Assembly (NCBI GenBank): GCA_963662585.1
Contig: OY759729.1
Location: forward strand, 384,001-448,000
Reading direction: 5' to 3'
Length of the DNA stretch: 64,000 bases
DNA from: Candidatus Cloacimonadales bacterium
Lineage (GTDB): Bacteria; Cloacimonadota; Cloacimonadia; Cloacimonadales; JAFGVF01
A model generated the notes under the pieces. It ran no database searches and was not told where the DNA came from. It saw only the letters and a program-made list of their open reading frames with translations. The translations under genes and the position numbers were made by a program. Each line of letters starts with the position of its first letter. Position 1 is the stretch's first letter. This document shows, in pieces, positions 49,376-60,263 of the stretch.

Positions 49376-50233
49376 TTATTCTAAGTTAAGTTTATAGTAG
49401 GCCCTTGACCTAAATTCTCTAAACTTAGCTTTATTTAAAATAATAGGCCGATATTCATTCAAAACATCAATCGTTTTTTGATATTTCCCTAGTTTGTAAA
49501 GAACATCGCAATATTCAAAAATTATGATTTCAAAAGGAGAATCTAGTTCTAAAATCTCTTGATAAACTTCTTCAGCTTTTTTATAATTCTTTATTTTATA
49601 GAGAGAATGGGCATATTTTTTATAGTATTGGATTCGTTCAATTTCGACATTTTTAATCTTAGATAAATGATAGGCAGATTCCAGAAAATTACCTTTTTCA
49701 AAAAAGTCGTTACCGATTAGATAATGGTAATAATCATCTTCCCCATACTTTTTTTTATAATTTCCCAGTTCAACTTTTACTTTATCAAAGACATCTGAAA
49801 AGGCAAGAATATCGATTATCAGTCTTAGAGCTTCTTTGGCTAGAATGTCACCCTCTAGCAGTGGTTTTGCTTCATCAATAGCCTTTTCAATCTGGTTCTT
49901 TCTAATGTAACATAAGGCTGCATTATAATAAGCTTCTGGATAAAGATGATTAACCTTATGAAACTGTTTTATAGCTAAATCAAACTGATAAATTCTCATT
50001 AAAGAGATAGCTAGAATAAAGATAACATTAGGATCAAGTTCTGAAATCTTCTCAGCTCTTTTAAGATATTTTATCCCCTCTTTATCTTCTTTAATGCTAC
50101 ATAGATGTTTTCCTAATGCTTCCAAATAAGCAAAATTATTAGGATCTTCTGTTATAGCTTTCTTGATTAGATGTATAGCCTTAAGAGAATTTTTCTCTTT
50201 AAAATGCTCAAATTTTATTAAGATACTATCCAT
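49376..50233 (-). CDS. Tetratricopeptide repeat protein
   Basis: Repeated TPR-like helix pairs (AYYNAALCY, KYAHSLY...A...Y). Confidence 0.8.
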   Translation of the reverse strand: MDSILIKFEHFKEKNSLKAIHLIKKAITEDPNNFAYLEALGKHLCSIKEDKEGIKYLKRAEKISELDPNVIFILAISLMRIYQFDLAIKQFHKVNHLYPEAYYNAALCYIRKNQIEKAIDEAKPLLEGDILAKEALRLIIDILAFSDVFDKVKVELGNYKKKYGEDDYYHYLIGNDFFEKGNFLESAYHLSKIKNVEIERIQYYKKYAHSLYKIKNYKKAEEVYQEILELDSPFEIIIFEYCDVLYKLGKYQKTIDVLNEYRPIILNKAKFREFRSRAYYKLNLE

Positions 50234-50240
50234 AAATTAT

Positions 50241-51023
50241 TTAGCTGTAAAAATTAATGTATGACCAGTACATATCAAAGAGTTTGTATCCCCAGACTAT
50301 ATAAAACCAAGAAGCAATAACCAAGAAGGGTCCAAATGGAAAAAGTTTATCTTTGCTATACTTCATAAATACTGACATTGTTATCAGTCCAATCAGGCTT
50401 GCCAAAGCTACAATCATTACAAGATTCAAGGCACCTGTAAAGAAACCAATAGCTGAGATTAAAAGTACATCCCCAAAGCCTAGTCCTTCTCTTCCTCTTA
50501 GATAATAGTAGGCCATTGAAATTAAGACAAAGACAAGAAAACTTCCTGCCCCTCCGATTAAACCTCTACCAAGACTTACATCATTTCCTGCTATAAATAG
50601 CGAAATTAAACCCAAGACATTTAAAGGAATTGATAGTTTAAAAGGAATTCTCATGTGATATAAATCAATGAATATTATGATTATCCCGTAACTGAAAAAG
50701 ATTAAGTATTTAAAAAGTAAAAGAGGATTCTCATGACCAAATCTATAATAGACCAATAGATAGATCAAAGGAGTTAAAAATTCAACAATCACATAGTGCC
50801 AGCTTATTTTAGCCCCACAATTCCTACATTTACCTCTAAGAAATAACCAACTAAAGATCGGTACATTCAACCAAAATGGTATGGCATAATCACATTTAGG
50901 ACACCTTGAAGAAGGTATCAAAGATTTATTAATAGGTAAACGATAAATTACTACATTAAAAAAACTACCAAAGGCCATTCCTAACATAATTAGAAAGGCA
51001 ATAATTAACGGTTCAAGCCCCAA
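50241..51023 (-). CDS. pilD: Type IV prepilin peptidase
   Basis: GSFFNVVIYRLP, two CxxC pairs, LGFGDV and PFGPFL motifs. Confidence 0.92.
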   Translation of the reverse strand: MGLEPLIIAFLIMLGMAFGSFFNVVIYRLPINKSLIPSSRCPKCDYAIPFWLNVPIFSWLFLRGKCRNCGAKISWHYVIVEFLTPLIYLLVYYRFGHENPLLLFKYLIFFSYGIIIIFIDLYHMRIPFKLSIPLNVLGLISLFIAGNDVSLGRGLIGGAGSFLVFVLISMAYYYLRGREGLGFGDVLLISAIGFFTGALNLVMIVALASLIGLITMSVFMKYSKDKLFPFGPFLVIASWFYIVWGYKLFDMYWSYINFYS

Positions 51024-51503
51024 CTAGTCCCTCCAAATACTATTTCTTCTGAAATAAGGATTTTCTGACGCCCCTCTATATACAAAATGAATTGAAGTAT
51101 TTTCTGTTGGACGATAATTAATAGAAAAATCAGGAACCATATCTGTTGAATTATCATCATTTGTTTCGATGTTAAATCCCTTGGTAACATTAGCAGTTCC
51201 AAAATTTGTTAAGTGTAAATCCACATTAATATCTAATTTATCATTTACTTGATAAGAGATATGATTTGTATAGCGTGATTGATAGAGTGATACACCTGAA
51301 GAATAGGCTGTTGAGAATGACATGCTATGATTCATCGTGTAATTATTAGGATTTAACAGAGAATAGTTATTGGGATTCCAAGTCCAATCGCCTGGTGACC
51401 AATTATTTGCCATAAAATTAGTCCCGTTAGCACCAAATTTTAATTGAGCAGTTAATAGGGTCATTAACACTAGAAATAGTGTTACTAATACAGTTTTTTT
51501 CAT
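51024..51503 (-). CDS. Exported hypothetical protein
   Basis: Signal peptide; GAGGAG RBS. Confidence 0.65.
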   Translation of the reverse strand: MKKTVLVTLFLVLMTLLTAQLKFGANGTNFMANNWSPGDWTWNPNNYSLLNPNNYTMNHSMSFSTAYSSGVSLYQSRYTNHISYQVNDKLDINVDLHLTNFGTANVTKGFNIETNDDNSTDMVPDFSINYRPTENTSIHFVYRGASENPYFRRNSIWRD

Positions 51504-51589
51504 TTTATCTCCTCAAAAGATTTTAATCAGCAATGTTTCTCACTCTATTACCAAATTTAATTAAGTTAGAAAAAATGTCAAATTTTATT

Positions 51590-53023
51590 CTACCATCCTG
51601 CTTTAGAGACTTTCCAATTCCCCTTCATATAGAGAGAAACAGCAATAATTACACCCGCAGTATTACTTACAACCATAGCCCACCAAAGAGCTTCATACTG
51701 ATAGGGTGCTAATAAAGTTCCCAGATATATTATTTCATCTTCTAAAAAAGAAAACCAGTGCAAATCTTTTCCAATAAAATAACCAGCAAAAATATAAGCA
51801 AGAGGAATTCTAAACATCCATAATCTGCTTACATTAAAAGCCATGGTCGACTTAGAATGTCCTGCTCCGTTAAATACACCCATAAATACCATAAGAATCC
51901 CAAAAATCCAAGTAGCATAGGCAGAGATTTTAAACATCCTCTCCCCTACTTCAATAACACTAACTTCATCGACAAAGAATCTGATTAATTCACTTCCATA
52001 GTTATAGATAAAGATGCAACCAACTGTCATGATACTCATCACTAACAACATAGCATAATGTACACTTTTCACTGCTCTTTCTTCTTTTTCTGCTCCTAAA
52101 TTCTGTCCTACAAAAGATGAAAGAGCACTACTGATTCCCATAGCTGGTAACATAAAGATTCCTACCATTCTATTACCTATGGAATTAGCTGAGATCACAG
52201 TAGTTCCAAAGGAATTAACTAATCCCTGCACAAGTAAAAAACCTAATGAAGTTGTCGATTGTCCTATAGATGCTGGAAGTCCTATCTGGAAAATATTAGC
52301 TAAAACACTTTTGCTAGGGATCATATCTTGCCAAGAAGGTATTAGTTCTTTGTATTTTCTGATAAAAATAAAGAAAGCTATTAGAGAAGCAATAATCCTA
52401 CTTATTAAAGTAGCAATAGCAGCTCCTTTCACACCCATTTTAGGGAAAAAAGCAATACCAAAAATCATTAAGGGGTCTAAAATCAAATTAACGCCTACAG
52501 TAATTACTTGTACTAGCATGGGAGTAACACTATCTCCAAAGGCAGTTGTAATACTCTGAAAAATCATAAAAAACATCATTGCAATCATACCATAGAGAAT
52601 ATAAGTTATATAAGTATGAGCATCACTGAGGATTTCGGGTGGAGTTTGTAGCAACTTAAGAAAAGTAGGTATCAGGGTATTAGTAATAACTATCAAAATA
52701 ACTGCAAATACTAACAAGATTGGTACAAACTGACCTATGGCCAATTTTATCTTCTTAGTATCATTCATGCCCTTGAATTTAGATACAATAGCTGTTCCTG
52801 CCACTGTAAAACCAGCAGCAAAAGACATTATAAAGAAGCTAAGCGGGAAGGTCATACCTGTTACTGCTACTGCCTCTTTAGCTCCACTAGCAATCTTCCC
52901 CAGCCAAAATGTATCTACTAAATTATACAAAGTACCCATAAAATTAGATAGCATAATGGGAAGTGAGAGAAAAATCAAACTTTTTAGTATATTACCCTCA
53001 GTTAAATTTATATTTTTTTTCAT
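51590..53023 (-). CDS. MATE-family efflux transporter
   Basis: LYNLVDTFW, GDSVTPM, GVKGAAIAT and GQNLGA motifs. Confidence 0.93.
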   Translation of the reverse strand: MKKNINLTEGNILKSLIFLSLPIMLSNFMGTLYNLVDTFWLGKIASGAKEAVAVTGMTFPLSFFIMSFAAGFTVAGTAIVSKFKGMNDTKKIKLAIGQFVPILLVFAVILIVITNTLIPTFLKLLQTPPEILSDAHTYITYILYGMIAMMFFMIFQSITTAFGDSVTPMLVQVITVGVNLILDPLMIFGIAFFPKMGVKGAAIATLISRIIASLIAFFIFIRKYKELIPSWQDMIPSKSVLANIFQIGLPASIGQSTTSLGFLLVQGLVNSFGTTVISANSIGNRMVGIFMLPAMGISSALSSFVGQNLGAEKEERAVKSVHYAMLLVMSIMTVGCIFIYNYGSELIRFFVDEVSVIEVGERMFKISAYATWIFGILMVFMGVFNGAGHSKSTMAFNVSRLWMFRIPLAYIFAGYFIGKDLHWFSFLEDEIIYLGTLLAPYQYEALWWAMVVSNTAGVIIAVSLYMKGNWKVSKAGW

Positions 53024-53232
53024 AGTTTTTCCTTACTTCCAATTAATTAAACCTATGTTATAGTGTCAACAAATTTGTTAATCTTCTTGTTAAAATCACC
53101 AATTTAAACTTTTTCCATTATTACAATAACTACTGTGTTCCTAGCATTATTTTTTTAAAGCACCTAATATTATCATTGACATCATATTTCAATATTGAGA
53201 AATGGAAACATTATTATAAAGGAATTAGTCTT

Positions 53233-53793
53233 ATGAATATAAAAAAAGTCGCTTTGTTTATCAGTTTTATTGCCCTTTTCTCTTCTCTATCCGCTACTGA
53301 ATTTGGAAAAGATATTACTCTCTACTTGCAAGAACAAGGAATTCCTAAACAACTTATTGTAGTATTGATCTCCATGCTCCCAATAGTAGAATTAAGAGGG
53401 GCTATTCCAGTTGCTATCGGTCTTCTCGGTATGAGCTGGTGGGAATCACTAATTTTTGCCATAATTGGTAATATGATTCCAATTCCTTTCGTTCTCCTCT
53501 TCATGGAAAAAATAACAATTATATTGAATAAATGGTCCTTTACTCGCAATTTACTAACTAAGATTTTTGCTCGAACCCGCAGTAAAAGCAAAGTTATTGA
53601 ACGCTACCAAGAAATTGGATTAACTCTCTTTGTGGCAATTCCACTTCCTGTAACAGGAGCCTGGACTGGCTCTCTAGCAGCCTATATTTTTGGACTAAAG
53701 TTTTGGAAATCATTAGCTTGTGCTCTTGCTGGTGTTACTATTGCTGGAGTAATAATGACAATTCTATCACTGGGCTTGGTATCAATTTTTTAA
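53233..53793 (+). CDS. Small multi-drug export (COG2426-type) membrane protein
   Basis: SMLPIVELRGAIP and FVAIPLPVTGAWTG motifs; start placed at ATG 53233. Confidence 0.85.
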   Translation: MNIKKVALFISFIALFSSLSATEFGKDITLYLQEQGIPKQLIVVLISMLPIVELRGAIPVAIGLLGMSWWESLIFAIIGNMIPIPFVLLFMEKITIILNKWSFTRNLLTKIFARTRSKSKVIERYQEIGLTLFVAIPLPVTGAWTGSLAAYIFGLKFWKSLACALAGVTIAGVIMTILSLGLVSIF

Positions 53794-54140
53794 TTTTCCT
53801 ATTCCTATCGTATTTTCTTCTTTCTCTTCTCTTTCTTTGCTCCTTCTCACTGAAGCCAAAGATTATTCAAAGTTTACTTGAGATTACAGTTGAGGAGCAA
53901 GGAAAAAGCAAGGGACTAGAACTGAAGTAAATCTGACAAGCAGGCTAAAAAATGATTTAAAACCCCACTTGCTGGGCAGTCACCCCTCTTCTCCTGAAGG
54001 GAATAAAACACATCGCCTTCCACGACCTCTTAAACTCCCCCCCTTTAGTGCTGAAGGCAGGCTAAAAGAGGGCTATCATCGTAGATGACAGGGCCTTTCT
54101 TATCTTCTTAATTTCACTCTTTTACATTTATTTAAAGAAA

Positions 54141-54185
54141 TAGTTTGACATTCAAGCTAAACTAATTAGTTTGACTATCAAACAA
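54141..54185. promoter_or_regulatory. Two palindromic operator-like sites over the marR-like promoter
   Basis: TAGTTTGACATTCAAGCTA (contains TTGACA) and TAGTTTGACTATCAAACAA. Confidence 0.6.
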
Positions 54186-54204
54186 TATAAATATAGGAAA
54201 TATC

Positions 54205-54612
54205 ATGAGAGACTTAAGTAAGAATTTAATTGAATTTTATGACAAGTTAGCTTCTTGGGAGAATGAAACAGTTAGAGATAGTGGAATGACACTCCAACAG
54301 ATGCATACTTTAGATGTGATTGGTTCTAATAAAGGAATCAGAATGAAGGAAATTACAGAAAAGTTGGGTATCGTCACCGGGACTTTAACAGTTATGATTG
54401 ATAGATTAACCAAATTAGAACTAGTTGAGAGAGTAGTTAATGCCAATGATAAAAGATCATTTTATATAGAATTAACTGAAAAGGGAAGTAAATTATATCA
54501 AGAACATGCCCATCATCATGATATGTTAGCTGAAGAATTAACCCATGACTTAAATTCAGAAGAAAAAGAGATATTAAATAAGATTATAGAAAAAATATTA
54601 AGGAGATTTTAA
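54205..54612 (+). CDS. MarR-family regulator
   Basis: Winged HTH with LVER...DKRS...LTEKG. Confidence 0.92.
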   Translation: MRDLSKNLIEFYDKLASWENETVRDSGMTLQQMHTLDVIGSNKGIRMKEITEKLGIVTGTLTVMIDRLTKLELVERVVNANDKRSFYIELTEKGSKLYQEHAHHHDMLAEELTHDLNSEEKEILNKIIEKILRRF

Positions 54613-55515
54613 ATGAAATGCCATATTTTACACAAGGATATATCCAACCAGAAGAATCAAAACAAAACAATAATTGTAATAATCATCTCAGCAGTGATGA
54701 TGGTAGCTGAGATAATCGCCGGAATGCTATATGGCTCAATGGCGCTTTTATCAGATGGTATCCACATGGGTACTCATGTGCTAGCTCTAATGATAACACT
54801 ATTTGCTTATGTAATTACTAAAAAACAAGCTGAAAATACCAAATTTACTTTTGGTACAGGTAAAATCGGTGTCTTAGGTGGATACACCTCCGCAATTGCC
54901 CTCTTAATAGCAGCCTTTGTTATGATTGGAGAGTCTGTTCATAGACTATTTAATCCAGTTGAAATTGGCTTCAATATCTCATTAACTGTAGCAATTATTG
55001 GTTTAATAGTTAATTTTGCTTGTGCTCTTATTCTTAAAGATGATCATGGACACAGTCACGGACATGATCACGGGCATGACCACCATGGTGAACATGAGCA
55101 CAAAGAAGACCATAATCTAAAGGCGGCCTACCTGCATGTTATCGCTGATGCTCTTACTTCTGTTGGTGCTATTATTGCTCTAATAGGTGCTAAATACTTG
55201 AATTTAGTTTGGTTAGACCCGATAGTTGGTATCGTAGGTGCTGGCATTATTATCAAATGGGGTATCGGACTTCTTAAAACTACTGGAAAAATATTAGTAG
55301 ATTTCGATGATGACCAATCTTTAAGAAATGAAATAATAGATTTAGTTAAAGCTAATAATCTTCAAGTTAATGATATCCATATTTGGGACATCCTGAATGG
55401 TGATAAAGCTGTTATCTGCTCTATTAATGCTCAAGATTTAGAAAAATGTGCTGAGATAAAAAAGCAAATCCTAACAAACAAAAAGATAAAACATCTGACT
55501 ATTGAGTGTGTTTAA
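54613..55515 (+). CDS. dmeF: CDF Co/Ni/Zn efflux transporter (DmeF-like)
   Basis: SMALLSDGIHMGTH, FTFGTGK, His-rich loop and DHNLKAAYLHVIADA. Confidence 0.85.
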   Translation: MKCHILHKDISNQKNQNKTIIVIIISAVMMVAEIIAGMLYGSMALLSDGIHMGTHVLALMITLFAYVITKKQAENTKFTFGTGKIGVLGGYTSAIALLIAAFVMIGESVHRLFNPVEIGFNISLTVAIIGLIVNFACALILKDDHGHSHGHDHGHDHHGEHEHKEDHNLKAAYLHVIADALTSVGAIIALIGAKYLNLVWLDPIVGIVGAGIIIKWGIGLLKTTGKILVDFDDDQSLRNEIIDLVKANNLQVNDIHIWDILNGDKAVICSINAQDLEKCAEIKKQILTNKKIKHLTIECV

Positions 55516-56251
55516 ATAATTTAGGGGCTTAATAATTAGGTCCCTATTTTTATTTCTTTCATAAAAATGATTCCCTGTAAATTATTTTTAAGAAACTAAA
55601 CACCATATTTCAGCTTATCCCAAATATTAATATCAACGAAAGAGATAATAGGCAATTACCATATTATCTCAATCGTCGATGGGAGAGTCATCTACATTTT
55701 GTGTCATCATAAATATAGACGGAAAAAACTTTAAATTTCACACAAGTTTACACTAATATTCTATCTTTCATACGCTTACAAGCATTCAGCGAATTTATCA
55801 TAGTTCTAGATCTTCTAGAATTGTGTTTCCCTACTAATATAGAGTCAAAAACAAGGCATATGTCATTGAAAATCTCACATCTTATTGCTTTACTGTATCT
55901 TATGGAGCTACAGTTAATAAAGTTTAATTATGCTTTGCTTGTAGGAAGAATGTTCATTTCAGAAAGAACGGCGATTAGGAGTTAATTCTATTTCCCATAA
56001 AGTTGCTTAAAATATGCCTTGAATTATTCTTTTGCATCACCTTGCAGAATATTTCTCTACAATAATTCCTATAAAACTCAAAAAGAGACAATTATTTTTC
56101 TTATTTTATAGTCTTATTTTCCAGTAATATAACTAAATTAGTCTAAATAATTTTTAAAAATAAATTAAAAAAGTATTGACACAAAAGCAAGGGTTTTATA
56201 AAAAGGTTAAACATCGTTACTGATGATAGATATTTGAAATAAAAAATCTTT

Positions 56252-56328
56252 GGGGGCGTAGTTCAGTTGGTTAGAACGTCTGCCTGTCACGCAGAAGGTC
56301 GCGAGTTCGAGTCCCGTCGCTCCCGCCA
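56252..56328 (+). tRNA. tRNA-Asp (GTC)
   Basis: Cloverleaf, anticodon loop CTGTCAC, TTCGA, encoded CCA. Confidence 0.97.
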
Positions 56329-56385
56329 TTTCTAATTTAGAAATGAAAAAGATTTTAAGATATAGTTAATAAAGAATCCCTATTC

Positions 56386-56462
56386 GGGGGCGTAGTTCAG
56401 TTGGTTAGAACGTCTGCCTGTCACGCAGAAGGTCGCGAGTTCGAGTCCCGTCGCTCCCGCCA
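56386..56462 (+). tRNA. tRNA-Asp (GTC)
   Basis: Identical to the first copy. Confidence 0.97.
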
Positions 56463-56498
56463 TTTTTTATTAACGCAAAATTTCCCAAAACAGATGTT

Positions 56499-56575
56499 GG
56501 GGGCGTAGTTCAGTTGGTTAGAACGTCTGCCTGTCACGCAGAAGGTCGCGAGTTCGAGTCCCGTCGCTCCCGCCA
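56499..56575 (+). tRNA. tRNA-Asp (GTC)
   Basis: Identical to the first copy. Confidence 0.97.
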
Positions 56576-56582
56576 GAATTTT

Positions 56583-56609
56583 AAGCCGTTAGTAATAACG
56601 GCTTTTTTT
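56583..56609 (+). terminator. Rho-independent terminator of the tRNA operon
   Basis: AAGCCGTTA-GTAA-TAACGGCTT followed by a T run. Confidence 0.85.
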
Positions 56610-56623
56610 ACATATAGAGAGAA

Positions 56624-57868
56624 ATGAAAATATATAATTTAATTTATCGTCCAATATCAAATTTTATAGGCCTGCTCCTCTTCCCTATTGCTTTATTTAA
56701 CAAGAGATTAAAAGAGCATACAGCAAGCCTAATTCCAAGTTTTAGTAATTCAATCTGGATTCATGCTTCTTCAGTGGGTGAAATCAATGGGTTAAAACCT
56801 TTCATCCACAAAATTCTAGAGATTTATCCTCAAGAGAATATAATTATTACAACTATGACTCCTACTGGGAGAAAAGTAGCCCAAGATATATCTCCTAGAA
56901 TCACAACCAGCTTAGTTCCCTTTGATTCTGCAATTTATGTTAAGAAGTTTATCAAGAAGATAAAACCTAAGATATTACTTTTAGCTGAAACAGAATTGTG
57001 GTTCTCTATGATTAACGAATGTGCAAAATTAGAAATTCCAATTATTCTGTCCAATGCCAGACTCTCCAACCGTTCATTTCCGCGATATCTAAAACATAAA
57101 AAGATATTTACTCCTCTAATTCAGAAGATTGAGATTATTTTAGCTCAATCAGAATTAGATAAAGAGAGATTTGAGCAGTTAGGAGCTAGCAAAGTTACCC
57201 TTGGTGGAAACCTAAAATTCTGTGTTAATCTTCCCAAGTATAACGCTGAAGAATTACGCCATAAATATGGATATACAGAAGATGATACCATCATCACTTG
57301 GGGTTCATCGCGTCCAGGTGAAGAAGTCATAATGATTAATAGTTTTTTCAAACTTAGAGAAGATTATCCCAATCTCAAATTAATTCTAGTGCTTAGACAT
57401 ATCACCAGGATTAAGGAAGTAGAATCTATTTTAGAAGCGAATGACTACTCAACCCTGAGCAACTTTACAGCTGGTAAAGCAATTTTACTAGTTGATTCAA
57501 TGGGAGTTCTTAACAAATTTTATGCTATAAGTGACATTAGTATAGTGGGCGGTTCTTTTTGTGACTTTGGCGGACATAATCCTTTAGAACCAGCTTTTTA
57601 TTCTAAGCCAACAATTATTGGACAATATCATTCTTCCTGTCAAGATAGTGTAGATAAGCTCTCTGACAACAACGCAATAATAATTAGTAGTGAAGAGAAA
57701 TTAGAAAGTGATATACGCTTTATGATTGAGAATTATACTTCCACAAAAGCTATTGGTGATAAAGCTCATACAACACTAAATATGCATGCTAATGCTTTAG
57801 AAAATAATCTCAGAGAATTTAATAAAATCTTTCAAAGAATTTCCTCTTCAGCTCAGTTGAGTGATTAA
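56624..57868 (+). CDS. waaA: Kdo transferase
   Basis: IWIHASSVGE, ETELW, NARLS, GNLK and GGHNPLEPA motifs. Confidence 0.93.
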   Translation: MKIYNLIYRPISNFIGLLLFPIALFNKRLKEHTASLIPSFSNSIWIHASSVGEINGLKPFIHKILEIYPQENIIITTMTPTGRKVAQDISPRITTSLVPFDSAIYVKKFIKKIKPKILLLAETELWFSMINECAKLEIPIILSNARLSNRSFPRYLKHKKIFTPLIQKIEIILAQSELDKERFEQLGASKVTLGGNLKFCVNLPKYNAEELRHKYGYTEDDTIITWGSSRPGEEVIMINSFFKLREDYPNLKLILVLRHITRIKEVESILEANDYSTLSNFTAGKAILLVDSMGVLNKFYAISDISIVGGSFCDFGGHNPLEPAFYSKPTIIGQYHSSCQDSVDKLSDNNAIIISSEEKLESDIRFMIENYTSTKAIGDKAHTTLNMHANALENNLREFNKIFQRISSSAQLSD

Positions 57869-58260
57869 TGAAAAAAAAATCATATTCCAAAATATTAAAG
57901 AAAACTTTTAGCTTTTTCACTATTAGTGACATATTAATTACTCTTACTATCTTAGCTATTGCTATTTTCCTATTTTTCAGCAACCTAAAGAGCGATAATC
58001 AGCTTGTGAGAATCAACTATCAAAATAAACTATTCGGAGAATATAGATTAAGTGAAGCAAGAATTATAAAAATTTCAGATGATATAGAAATAGAGATTTC
58101 CCATAATAAAGTAAGAATGTTAAAGAACAACTGTCCTAATCAGCTATGTGTTAAACAAGGTTGGACTAGTAACTTCCCTATTATCTGCGTTCCTAACCAA
58201 GTGGAAATCATCATTATTGATCATAAAAAGAAAAATGAAATCCATCAAATTTTAAAATAG
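57868..58260 (+). CDS. NusG domain II-containing membrane protein
   Basis: TM helix followed by CPNQLCVKQG...IICVPN. Confidence 0.82.
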   Translation: MKKKSYSKILKKTFSFFTISDILITLTILAIAIFLFFSNLKSDNQLVRINYQNKLFGEYRLSEARIIKISDDIEIEISHNKVRMLKNNCPNQLCVKQGWTSNFPIICVPNQVEIIIIDHKKKNEIHQILK

Positions 58261-58270
58261 GGTAAATATT

Positions 58271-59842
58271 ATGAGTAACAAATTACTAGCTAAAAATATT
58301 AGTATTATGTCCCTTGCTGTATCTCTAAGTCGCCTCTTAGGCTTAGTGCGGGACCAAGTAATGGGATTCTTTTTTGGAGCAAGCTACTTAAATGATGCTT
58401 TCCAGATTTCCATTAATATTCCCAACTTGTTAAGAAGACTCTTCGGAGAAGGTGCTCTCTCTGCTGCTTTTGTCCCTATCTATAATAAAATTGGACTGCA
58501 AAAAGGCAGAGAAGAACAGATTAAGTTCGCCTTGAATATGCTTTCGCTCTTAACCCTGTTTCTGACTATTCTTACCATCATAGGAGTGGTTTTTGCTCCC
58601 ACTATAGTAAGACTCATCTCTCCTGGCTTACCTGAAAAGACAGCACTTCTAACCATTAAATTAACCAGATTGCTCTTCCCTTATCTCTTCTTTATTGGAC
58701 TATCTTCTACCATGATTTCTATTTTAAATTCTCATAATAAATTCTTTATGACTGGATTATCTTCAGGACTATACAACTTTGGAATCATCGGAGCAATTGT
58801 TATTCCTTTCTTTATCTTCAAGTTAGATTCTGAAGCCTTAATCTACTGGGCTAGTATTGGAGTTTTAATCGGAGGATTCTTACAAACAGTAATTAACTTT
58901 CCTTTCCTAAAGCAGGTTGGCTATAAATTTAGAATCTATATTAATCTCCACAGTGATAATCTCAAAATCCTAGGGCAAAGATTTATTCCGGGTGTTATCG
59001 GAATTGGTGTCAGGCAGATAAATCTCTTAGCTGATATCTATTTTGCTAGTTTTTTACCTCTTGGAGCTATTACCTGTCTTCGCTATGGAGCAAGATTGAT
59101 GCAGATGCCTCTGGGGATTTTCGGTATCTCTGCTAGTACAGCTGTTCTCCCACTTTTCTCCCAACTTATAACAGAAAAGAATTGGGAAGAATTATCAGAA
59201 AGAATTAGATTCACAGCAATATCACTTATTTATCTACTAATTCCTGTTACCTTCTTCGTTGCTGGAAGCGGATTGGATATGATAAAAATCCTCTTTGAAA
59301 GAGGTAGTTTTGACTCTATAGCTTCTCAGTTTACTTTTGAAACATTTACTTTCTACTCCCTCGGATTAGTATTCTTCGCCCTAAACCAAACTATTACTCC
59401 TCTCTTCTTTGCAGCAGGAGATACTAAAACTCCCGTGATAATTTCCTCTGTTATGGTAGCAGTTAACATACTCCTAAATCTACTTCTTATCTATTATCTT
59501 AAGCATATCGGAATTGCTTTAGCTACCTCTTTAACAGGTTTTATTCAATTTATTATCTTAATAGTAATTATAACAAAACGCTTCAATAAAATTAAGATTC
59601 GTTCAATTACCCAAAATCTGTTGAAGATATTCTTACTATCAGGGATAATTTATGGCTTAATCTCAATTTCTAATTATTATATAACAGGCAGTAGTTTATT
59701 GCTTTATGCAAGTAGAATTGTCATTAATGGAATAATTTTCCTTCTAATATTAAGTTTTGGTTCTTACTTTATAAAGCTAGAATATGCCGAGATAATTTGG
59801 AATAAATTAAAACTTGCAAAGTTATTTGCTAAAAAAGTTTAA
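58271..59842 (+). CDS. murJ: Lipid II flippase
   Basis: SRLLGLVRD, PNLLRRLFGEGALSAAFVP and DTKTP motifs. Confidence 0.95.
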   Translation: MSNKLLAKNISIMSLAVSLSRLLGLVRDQVMGFFFGASYLNDAFQISINIPNLLRRLFGEGALSAAFVPIYNKIGLQKGREEQIKFALNMLSLLTLFLTILTIIGVVFAPTIVRLISPGLPEKTALLTIKLTRLLFPYLFFIGLSSTMISILNSHNKFFMTGLSSGLYNFGIIGAIVIPFFIFKLDSEALIYWASIGVLIGGFLQTVINFPFLKQVGYKFRIYINLHSDNLKILGQRFIPGVIGIGVRQINLLADIYFASFLPLGAITCLRYGARLMQMPLGIFGISASTAVLPLFSQLITEKNWEELSERIRFTAISLIYLLIPVTFFVAGSGLDMIKILFERGSFDSIASQFTFETFTFYSLGLVFFALNQTITPLFFAAGDTKTPVIISSVMVAVNILLNLLLIYYLKHIGIALATSLTGFIQFIILIVIITKRFNKIKIRSITQNLLKIFLLSGIIYGLISISNYYITGSSLLLYASRIVINGIIFLLILSFGSYFIKLEYAEIIWNKLKLAKLFAKKV

Positions 59843-59906
59843 AAAAATATTTACAAAAAGTTGGTGCTGAAAATTATGACAAGCAAATTATGTATGGAGA
59901 AAATAA

Positions 59907-60263
59907 ATGTTTAGATCCTTTTTAATATCTAAAATTCATAGGGCAAGTGTTACCCAAACAGACCTCAATTATGTCGGAAGTATCACAATTGATACTAAAC
60001 TCATCGAAGCTACCGGTATGCAGCTCAATGAAGAAGTATGGATATATAATATAAATAATGGTAATAGATTTAGCACTTATATCATTCCAGGAGAATATGG
60101 ATCTGGAATAATTGGTGTTAATGGTGCTGCTGCTCACATGGTTAACAAAGATGATAAACTTATTATCGTCAATTATGGCTTACTAAGTGAAGAGGAAGCA
60201 AAAAATCACCAACCAACAGTTGTTATTGTAGATGATGACAACAAAATTATAGAGAAAATATAA
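59907..60263 (+). CDS. panD: Aspartate 1-decarboxylase
   Basis: SKIHRASVT..LNYVGSITID, NGNRFSTY and NGAAA motifs. Confidence 0.96.
   Translation: MFRSFLISKIHRASVTQTDLNYVGSITIDTKLIEATGMQLNEEVWIYNINNGNRFSTYIIPGEYGSGIIGVNGAAAHMVNKDDKLIIVNYGLLSEEEAKNHQPTVVIVDDDNKIIEKI

Noticed and set aside
55560..56150. Pseudogene or ncRNA in the long intergenic gap
   Set aside because: No ORF of 60 aa or more and no recognisable motif or structure
56252..56575. tRNA attachment-site remnants of an island
   Set aside because: All three copies are full length with a shared terminator, and there is no adjacent integrase
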